From Amoeboradix gromovi X-113 (Eukaryota > Fungi > Sanchytriomycota): DNA of 15,748 nucleotides. Shown piece by piece: positions 8,402-15,748 of the stretch. Positions within the stretch are counted from its first letter, which is position 1. Each line of letters starts with the position of its first letter. A program made the translations under genes and the position numbers. Where the stretch lies: positions 1 through 15,748 of the forward strand of contig JADGIF010000180.1 of assembly GCA_018985225.1 (NCBI GenBank), in the 5' to 3' direction. A model generated the notes under the pieces. That model made no database searches. It saw only the letters and a list, made by a program, of their open reading frames with translations, and was not told the origin of the DNA.

Positions 8402-9419
8402 AATGTCCTTAATAGTTCTGGTGCTTGGGAAGGCCTTAGACATAGTACTAAATTATTAGTTAAGAGCTTTTTTACTTGGCTAGACCTTGGCAAACAAGGT
8501 GATGTCTTTGAGGAAGATGTGGAAATACTAAGCTATTTTGAAATGTCTTAGAAAGTATATTGACATCCTTTCCTGGCCTTGAGAGGCAAATGATTTAAAT
8601 CAGAACAAGAAGAATGGAGAGAAACTATTGGTACTAACAAGTATCAAAAAGTGACGAGAGAAAAAAGAGCTGGACTACCTTGGCTTAAAGACTGTTTGGA
8701 ACGATTATCTCGAGCTACTAGTATTGAAGAAACTATTAGAATTATTTACTGTAATTATCACGGTATTATGAAAGAATTTAGTCATCCAGATTATCGTCAA
8801 TGGAAATTTAGAAAATATGGATCAAGATTATCTAAAATGGAAATGATTTTATCAGATTTGAAGAATGAAGTGACTAAAGAAGATAAATTGCTTAGACCAG
8901 TCATGAATTTCACATTACCAAAGACAGAGGCTGATCTTGATTTCAAGAGGAGAAGAAAGGCTCACTTGAAAAGAAAGTCTAAGAGACTTGAATTGCTTAA
9001 GAAGACATTAATACTTTAGGGAGATGTACAATTTAAGACTAATTTCAAGAACAATTGTAGTCCTTGTCACTCAATAAGAGATTTCTTTCTAAGAGTTTGT
9101 AAGTCAAGTCACAATTGAATTAGTAGATGAACATCATACTTCAAAGCATTGTTGTATTTGTAATAATGATATTGATGACAACAATGATGTTAAGAGACAA
9201 ATAACATTAGAAAATGGAACAGATAAAGAGTATCGTCTAAGAAAATGCATCTTTTGCTTAGACACTCAGAGACCTCGTATGTTTGAAAGAGAGAGTGGGT
9301 CATTTTGTTTTATTTTAAAGAGTGGAATGACATTAATGAAAGAAATTGGTTTGAAGGAAGGGCTTTTATTTTTAGTAGTATTTCCTCCGTATGGTGCACC
9401 TCCTTTAAAAACGACTTAG
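8402..9419 (+). pseudogene. Decayed Fanzor1-like TnpB-family RNA-guided endonuclease
   Basis: Motifs occur in the expected order: RuvC-I-like WLDLG (8477-8491); EF..PDYRQWKFRKY helix; IL*GD..F (9011-9034); then, after a frameshift near 9100-9110, RuvC-II VDEHHTSKHCCIC (9123-9161), RLRKCIFC zinc finger and RuvC-III-equivalent FERE (9282-9293). In-frame stops at 8549, 8561, 8591 and 9017. Includes track ORF 8651-9019. Confidence 0.8.
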
Positions 9420-9997
9420 TCTAGTTTTTATATTTGGTGTCCCATGAGAAAACCGATTTATGAAGTAGACCAATACCATGAGTCTGTATATCTGTTGAGG
9501 TTAAAAATAATAAATTTATTTAAATTGTTATGCTACGGACCTCTTTAATCAATAAATGCTTGAAAAAAAATTAATGAACATGATCAGCTATGCTAAGATT
9601 TCGGTAGACATGGACAGCTCTGATAAATATTCTGGTTTTCATTATTAACTACTCACGAAACGAAAAAATGGCCAAGCCTGGTAGTAAGAAACTCTTGGCA
9701 GGATCTTTCAATAGCACTTGTGCAGTTTATTTGTTCTTCCCTATTTCAAAAGACTTAAAGTACAATAGATTTAATGATTCCGGCATCAGAAAGTTAAAGC
9801 GCCAACCTATTTCTTAGCTGGTGTGCCAATCAAAATATGCCTGTTGGCTTTATTAATGCATTGAGAGTCTGTCAAAAAGATGAAGGACTAAATCAGAAGA
9901 GAAGAAATGGAAGTATAAGTGTGTAGCTCAAAAGGATTAGACAAACTTGAAGTGTAAAAAAAGATGCTTTTATTGATGAATTGGCACTAGAAACATC

Positions 9998-11026
9998 TTA
10001 CGGTGCACTGAGTCCTGAGAAATGTTTCATATTTCTTTGTCTGCGACTTACAGGCCGGACTGTCACTTTATAGGCTTTAGATCCTAGTATCTTTCTGGCC
10101 AGAGCAACAAATGGATACTTATGATGCTCCGGTGTTTTACAGCTTAGCTTACAAAATTCAATGTTATCATCGAACACCTGAGTGAACTTATTTGTGGTAA
10201 AACTAGTTTCCAAATCTCGTTTATTTCCACACACAACAATTGGAACACCTTTTCTACATCTACTTCTAACATATCTGTGCCATTTCGTTAGACCATTCTC
10301 AGTATAACTTCCAGGATCACTTATGTCATAGAACAGCAAAATGCCATCCGCTTCCTTGCAGTTGCTCAAGCAATTCTCTTTGAAAAGTGTATAATTTCCA
10401 GGTGTGTCCACTAGCACAAATGTCATCGAGGTTAATTCAGGACCCCACTTACCTTCCACTTCAAATGACCTCGCCTTGGTAGCTGCAGTGGCTCTATGTT
10501 CTTTAAGATACTTTCCGTTATCAAGAAGTTCTAGAAATGTTGTTTTTCCAGATATAGAAGGCCCTGCAACCAGTATTTTGTACTTGATTCGTGGATCTGA
10601 AGTTTTGCTAGTTTCGTCATTTGTAGAATGGCTAATCAAATCATCAGCCGGTACTCCAAAAAAAAAGCTGTCGGAGTCTATTGGTTGAACCTCTGTCGAA
10701 GAACTTGTAAGTGTCTGAGGTTGAGTCGCCCTCTTTTTTAAGCCCATTGTACCCGAATAGTTATCGAGTTCTCTCAATTTGTCTAAAATATTGCTGTTGT
10801 TTTCATATTGATCTGACTTAAATTCGGGACTCAAGCATTGGCCACCCTTCTCTCCAAACAGCTCCTGGTCAAGCTTTGCAATTACATTCGCAATTTGTAT
10901 TATTTCTGAGTCCGATCTGTTTTCTGCGATAACTTTATAAAAGTCAATTCTGTTGCTTTCTCTCTGGTTTCTTAGCTTTTCAATTTCTATCTTTCCGTTT
11001 ATCAGCTCCAATTGTTTTTCAATCAT
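9998..11026 (-). CDS. Divergent Ran-like small GTPase with an ~145-aa N-terminal extension
   Basis: G1 GPSISGKTT, G3 DTPG, G4 GNKRD and G5 SCK are present. Ran-specific-looking segments are KWHR...PIVVCGNK and PFVALARKILG. AATAAA lies about 25 nt after the stop. Confidence 0.85.
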   Translation of the reverse strand: MIEKQLELINGKIEIEKLRNQRESNRIDFYKVIAENRSDSEIIQIANVIAKLDQELFGEKGGQCLSPEFKSDQYENNSNILDKLRELDNYSGTMGLKKRATQPQTLTSSSTEVQPIDSDSFFFGVPADDLISHSTNDETSKTSDPRIKYKILVAGPSISGKTTFLELLDNGKYLKEHRATAATKARSFEVEGKWGPELTSMTFVLVDTPGNYTLFKENCLSNCKEADGILLFYDISDPGSYTENGLTKWHRYVRSRCRKGVPIVVCGNKRDLETSFTTNKFTQVFDDNIEFCKLSCKTPEHHKYPFVALARKILGSKAYKVTVRPVSRRQRNMKHFSGLSAP

Positions 11027-11880
11027 AGCCGTTCGGGATGTGTTAAAGCTCCGAGTGTCAACTTAAACACGACTACAATTTACGAATAAATTCTCAAGTG
11101 CTCCATACATCATCACTAGAATAGACTTAAAGATTGTGGATACTCTGCGAAATCAGAAGTTCGCCTCCAAACAGTATAATGCTAAATTTTTTGCACTTCT
11201 ATATAAATTACCGCGCCTTTGTGAGTAATTGTCTTTTCTTTCATAAAAACAATAGACTTCCGCTGAATTTTAACGTACCTACCAAGTTGTTTGTAGCTAT
11301 CTCCTAATGCCTCATGAAAAGTATCCGTTTCCTGTCGAATCAAGAATTTCAAAAGAAGAACCGAGAACGCCAGTCGAACATCCACACTAATAAATACGAC
11401 CGCAGTGACACTGGGGTGAGATTCACTAGGGTGGTATATATCAAGCTTATGTTGCTAACTGCCAGGTAGTCTCAATACACTTCCAGACGACATTTTGTAA
11501 ATGTTCATATGTCCAAATTGCTTCTCTTCGGAATAACGCACCTTGATAATGTTGAATAGTAATGCTTTATTATATTTTACCAAGATTTCTCTTGTTTGGA
11601 CTATAACTTCATGTTCAGACCATTTATAACTGTGGAAAGGTTATTCTGTATCTCCTGGTGATCTCTTTAGATCTCAGATGCCCTGGAATGATGGTTTGAA
11701 GCCATTTGTCATAGATGAGAAAAAGTGCCCTCGAGTTTTTATTCAGTTTGTAAACTCTGGTAAGAAGCATTATTAAAACGATAGAATTCATACAATCACG
11801 ATAAGTAATTTATTTGGTTTAAAACGAAGACATGCTCAAAAGATACCAAACTTATAATCATTAGAATAATCCAATGAAAT

Positions 11881-11911
11881 TCGAATATTAAACGAAACGT
11901 TTCATATTCGA
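11881..11911. repeat. Inverted repeat/hairpin, 14-bp stem (1 mismatch), 3-nt loop
   Basis: TCGAATATTAAACG-AAA-CGTTTCATATTCGA. Confidence 0.85.
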
Positions 11912-11980
11912 TAAATGTTACTTTGTTGTAAAAGATTATAAACGGGGTGGTGGTTAATTAACATGTGGTATGACATCAGG

Positions 11981-12346
11981 CTAGATGCTACAAAGAATTT
12001 GTTTATAATAGGATGCTATTATGATATGGTTTGAACCTTGATGTCCAAAATGGAAAGATGAGTAAGTCCCATAATACGCTATTGAGCCTTTTCTCAATAT
12101 GAAAAATAAACTGGTGATATCTTTTTCAGAACAGCTTGGCTGATTAGCACTAAGCATATGCTGCAACATCTCAACCGACAACAATTTTCATATTCTGTCT
12201 TGATGTCTCTAATGTCGTCTTGTTCGCAAACAAGACAGAACCTGGATGTCTTTCTTTCTCCTGTCATCTTCGCAGTACATCCCTTCTTATCACTGATAAG
12301 CTTTATATCTGTTGACTTGAAGATGTCCGATTCTTAGTGTAGTTTC
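11981..12346 (-). pseudogene. Second decayed Fanzor1-like fragment (RuvC-II, zinc finger, RuvC-III region)
   Basis: The minus strand gives MTGERKTSRFCLVC...RLRCCSICL, then after a 1-nt frameshift SANQPSCSEKDITSLFFILRKG. This aligns without gaps to RKCIFCLDTQRPRMFERESGSFCFILKSG of the 8402-9419 relic. Upstream TTLRIGHLQV resembles KTLIL*GDVQF. Confidence 0.7.
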
Positions 12347-12450
12347 TAGTTTTTCACATACTTGGGAAAAAGGACATTTTTTCAGAATGGTCTTATTTAT
12401 CAGTTACTTGTTATATGTCTTAGAGAAAAAAAACTGGTCTCCTCGATACG

Positions 12451-13236
12451 ATGCCTATTAAGCCAGTGATTCTGATCCCTAGCTGTATAGCTGTAAGCGC
12501 CTTAGGATATTTGTATGGAAGGACAATTAACAAGAGCTCTGAGGAGGAAGTACCAGTTCAAATACCAACCGTTGATATTTATGATAGAATTGCTCAAGAT
12601 TTTGATAAATCTACTTGTTTTGACGAGACGCTTATGGGCATTCCAATACTGCGCAGAGCTTTAGTTGGCAACTGCTCAGGCGATGTTCTCGAAATCGGAA
12701 TTGGGACTGGAAAAAATTTGCCGTATTATCCATTTCGTAAGATGAAATCATTAACTATGGTCGACTTTTCTACAAAAATGCTTAGTCAGGTTGAAAAGAA
12801 ACTTAACAAAACCTCAAAGAGTTGGACTTATTGGATGAACCCTATCCCAATTTACAAAGAGATGGTAGATTGTCAAAACCTTCCGTTCCACGATGAGTCT
12901 TTCGACACAATTTTATCAACATTCACTCTGTGCTCCATAGATGATCACACTAAGGCACTGCAAGAGATGAAAAGAGTTCTCAAACCAAATGGTAGAATTC
13001 TGTTTCTGGAGCATGGCCTGTCTTGCACTAATTCCCCAGCTCCAAATTCGTTGAAATATGACGTAATAAACAGGAGGTTAAACACCTACAAGGATACACA
13101 CCATTCAAATTGGGGATGTACCTGGAACAAAAATATTGGTCAAATAATTGAAAGCGTCTTTGAAAACTCATCAAATAAGTTTTGGAGATGGCACTTCGGA
13201 ACGACGTTATACGCGGTTGTAAGCAACTCTCCGTAA
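12451..13236 (+). CDS. Class I SAM-dependent methyltransferase, OMS1/METTL7-like
   Basis: N-terminal TM segment, YD.IA..FD, VLEIGIGTGKNLPYY (motif I), LPF.DESFDTI..TFTLCS, RVLKPNGRILFLEHG, WGC.WN and HFGT. Confidence 0.9.
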   Translation: MPIKPVILIPSCIAVSALGYLYGRTINKSSEEEVPVQIPTVDIYDRIAQDFDKSTCFDETLMGIPILRRALVGNCSGDVLEIGIGTGKNLPYYPFRKMKSLTMVDFSTKMLSQVEKKLNKTSKSWTYWMNPIPIYKEMVDCQNLPFHDESFDTILSTFTLCSIDDHTKALQEMKRVLKPNGRILFLEHGLSCTNSPAPNSLKYDVINRRLNTYKDTHHSNWGCTWNKNIGQIIESVFENSSNKFWRWHFGTTLYAVVSNSP

Positions 13237-13635
13237 AAGTAAAAATTAGTCTTAGTAATAAACTGTAGTTTTAGATCTATTTTCTACAGCTTCTTATATC
13301 CGCCTTTACAAGTTAAAACGATTTATATCAAATGCCGAAGTTCCCTCTTGAAGTAAGCCCGATGGAAAATGAAGAGTCTTCAAAATTTTCAAGAGCTGCC
13401 ACAATGCAAAAATATAGAAATCTCCGACACCCAGTATATTTAAATGGAGATACCTTGGAAAATTCAAGCAGACAGACTCCAAGGAGCAATAAGAACCATC
13501 TTTCCGGTGATATCAGCTGCCTCTTCGGAATAGCTCTGTAAATAGCATGAAGAAATCTAGCTTTTCTGCACCAAAGAGAGTACTTGTGGACATACCATCA
13601 ATGTACTCAAATTTTTAAAACCTCCATTGGAGTTT

Positions 13636-14562
13636 ATGTCTCGTTCGAAAGGGTATCCTATTTACTTGAAAATAGCGACTGCCACTTTTTATTCGCTAAT
13701 ATCCATTTCTCTAGTATTGTTCAACAAAAACATTTTCGCGGTTTATGGGTTTGACTCTCCTTCGTTCTTGTGTGTTTGTCAGGCAGTATTGGGCATTATA
13801 CTAACCAGGCTACTTGACTACTGGAAGATTATTGTACTGCAGGGCATTAGTAAAGCTCAAGTTATTAAATTGATTCCTTTAGCAGTTGTTTATCTTTCCA
13901 ACATTTTGTTTGGGTTGCTGGCTCTGAAGAGCATCAACATTCCAATTTATAACACCTTGCGAAGATCTGGAATTCTGCTTGTAATAGCAATCGAATATTA
14001 CATGTACCACTCAATGCCTAGCATTCCGATATTATTAAGTGTCCTAATTATTGTTTTTGGCACAATTTTTGCAGGCGCAAATGACTTATCATTTGATTTT
14101 TATTCTTATACTATTTGTATGATTGCTAATGTACTCACTGCATTTTATGTTGTCCTCGTTAAGCATTTTGGTAAAATTTTAAATTTAGAGCCATTATCAC
14201 TTTTGTATTACAATAACCTTCTTTCCTTACCCATGGCCATGTTGCTATCTTTAGTCATGCAAGACAACATCACCCAGTACTCTATATCATTTGGCTTCAT
14301 AACAAGTTTCTTATGTAGCGTGTTGTTTTCATTTCTATTGAATGTCGGAATATATTTCAACACCAGCGTAAATTCACCACTATCACAAAGTGTTATAGGG
14401 CAGCTAAAGGGATATATTCAGCTTGGATTTGGATTAATTCTATTCAACGATTATAAATATGAATTTTGGAATATGATCGGAATGATGGTCGCAATGTTTG
14501 GCGGATTAATGTACGCTTATTTCAGTTATGTAGAGAGGTCCAGAGATATCAAAATTAAATAA
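13636..14562 (+). CDS. Nucleotide-sugar transporter (SLC35D/fringe-connection-like, DMT superfamily), 308 aa
   Basis: About 10 hydrophobic segments with LVLFNK, NIPIYNTLRR, LLYYNNL and NSPL...V.GQLK. ATG at 13636; the track start is TTG. Confidence 0.9.
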   Translation: MSRSKGYPIYLKIATATFYSLISISLVLFNKNIFAVYGFDSPSFLCVCQAVLGIILTRLLDYWKIIVLQGISKAQVIKLIPLAVVYLSNILFGLLALKSINIPIYNTLRRSGILLVIAIEYYMYHSMPSIPILLSVLIIVFGTIFAGANDLSFDFYSYTICMIANVLTAFYVVLVKHFGKILNLEPLSLLYYNNLLSLPMAMLLSLVMQDNITQYSISFGFITSFLCSVLFSFLLNVGIYFNTSVNSPLSQSVIGQLKGYIQLGFGLILFNDYKYEFWNMIGMMVAMFGGLMYAYFSYVERSRDIKIK

Positions 14563-14626
14563 AGTGTACTTGGCTTTCATATCTTGTTTTCGTTTACTTA
14601 TTTGGCTCCTTTGTTCCATAACATCA

Positions 14627-15478
14627 ATGAACAATTCAAAACTCTCACTGGGAATCGAAGCGGTACAGTTAGCATGCAGCGTCATATCTAAACTACCAAA
14701 AAAGGTAAGTAAAAAGATGGACACCAGTCCAGTTACATTGGCTGATTTTACCAGTCAAGCTATAATAGCAACGATGTTGAATGACAACATAATTGCGGAA
14801 GAAAGTATGCCAAATCATGAGTTGCGTGAAGAAATAGACAGTCTCTCACCAATTAAAATAAACTGGGAACTATTTGAGAGAATGCCGAATTCAAATGTTG
14901 GATGGTTCTTAGATCCTATAGATGGTACCAAGGGATACATAAGAGACGACCAGTATGCTGTTTGCTTGGCATACTACGATTCTGAGCTATTGTTTTCTAT
15001 AATTGGATGTCCTAATCTTGGATACCCTACAATGAAAGATACTGTCAAAGGCACAATAATGGTTGCAATTAAAAACAATGGTACATATCAGGCGCCATTA
15101 TATAAGTCATGGAATGTCGATGAATCCTTGAAATGCGAATGTAGATTGCTTTCAAGTCTAGCTCAGTCCTTTGAGTCAGCACACGTGGTTCAAACTGTTA
15201 TAAACGACTTTCTCAGAGATCACGATATCAAAGAAGTAGTTAAAATGGACAGTCAAGCTAAATATGTTGTGGTTGCTCGAGGAGAAGTGGGATACTACTT
15301 AAGAGCAACGCCAGTTGGATACACTGAAAAGGCATGGGACCACGCACCCGGATACTTAGCTATAGTTGAAGCTAATGGTATGTGTAAGCAACTTTGTGAC
15401 AAAGCTATTATATTCAAATACCAAAAAGATTTGCATGTTGATGGCATAGTTGGTTGTCATTTAAATGCCATTCAGTAA
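14627..15478 (+). CDS. MET22: 3'(2'),5'-bisphosphate nucleotidase (HAL2/MET22 family PAP phosphatase), 283 aa
   Basis: SPVTLADF, IIAEES, LDPIDGTKG, GCPNL, ESAH, MDSQAKY..VARG and EKAWDHA.G. ATG at 14627; the track start is GTG. Confidence 0.92.
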   Translation: MNNSKLSLGIEAVQLACSVISKLPKKVSKKMDTSPVTLADFTSQAIIATMLNDNIIAEESMPNHELREEIDSLSPIKINWELFERMPNSNVGWFLDPIDGTKGYIRDDQYAVCLAYYDSELLFSIIGCPNLGYPTMKDTVKGTIMVAIKNNGTYQAPLYKSWNVDESLKCECRLLSSLAQSFESAHVVQTVINDFLRDHDIKEVVKMDSQAKYVVVARGEVGYYLRATPVGYTEKAWDHAPGYLAIVEANGMCKQLCDKAIIFKYQKDLHVDGIVGCHLNAIQ

Positions 15479-15676
15479 ACAAAATTTGTTGGATTTATTT
15501 TCTATTGTTAAGCTTTGTTGTTTGATATCCCAAGTCCATCCGTTGGCGTGAAAGTGAAAAAGACAAAAAATAAACAACTCTCAATATCACAGGACTTCTT
15601 TGTATTGGTACTGGTATTTTGTCACCATTCAACACTTTGCAGATCTACGACTTGGATCAATTTTTCGCATCAGAAT

Positions 15677-15748
15677 ATGCGAAATGAAAAGAACTCAAAG
15701 CTCATTAGAGTTGCGACCATTCAAAAACAATATGATGTGTCCAGCACT
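15677..15748 (+). mobile_element. Possible 5' start of an IS607-family serine-recombinase transposase (TnpA, MerR-type HTH), running off the window
   Basis: MRNEKNSKLIRVATIQKQYDVSST resembles the I..K.(Y/F).VS..TLR.W N-terminal HTH of IS607 TnpA. The start overlaps the hairpin TTTCGCAT-CAGAAT-ATGCGAAA (15663-15684). Only 24 codons are visible. Confidence 0.45.

Noticed and set aside
9668-9930. Short + strand coding-like stretches (MAKPGSKK...), faintly like a TnpB N-terminus
   Set aside because: The similarity is too weak and fragmented to support a call.
13332-13541. 69-aa ORF between the methyltransferase and the transporter
   Set aside because: No recognisable motifs or adjacent poly(A) signal; cannot be distinguished from chance.
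14704-14715. GTAAGT donor-like site in the HAL2/MET22 gene
   Set aside because: The frame is open and KVSKKMDTSPVT matches the family without splicing.
1-15748. CRISPR array, tRNA or rRNA genes
   Set aside because: No regularly spaced repeats, cloverleaf with A/B boxes or rRNA-like sequence was seen.

Overview
AT-rich, gene-dense eukaryotic DNA using the standard code. The gene content and ultrashort introns suggest a compact early-diverging fungal or fungus-like genome (inference). Housekeeping genes are eIF4A and eIF3c, each completed only by removing a tiny GT-AG intron (21 nt and 19 nt), a CCR4/Ngl/Angel-type EEP nuclease, an OMS1-like methyltransferase, an SLC35D-like nucleotide-sugar transporter and a HAL2/MET22 PAP phosphatase. 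There is also a divergent N-terminally extended Ran-like GTPase, a GPI-type surface protein, an orphan secreted protein and a 49-aa small ORF. The intergenic space is full of relics of eukaryotic TnpB/Fanzor (OMEGA) elements that the ORF track largely misses. (i) Two inverted copies (112-206 + and 8082-8175 -, 81/95 identical) of a Fanzor2/IS607-TnpB-type 3' end with a conserved downstream non-coding segment, a candidate omegaRNA scaffold. (ii) Two diverged, decayed Fanzor1-like ORFs (8402-9419 + and 11981-12346 -) that share a non-canonical RuvC-III region. (iii) At the right edge, what looks like the start of an IS607-family serine-recombinase TnpA. All family assignments come from motif recognition by eye; no searches were run.
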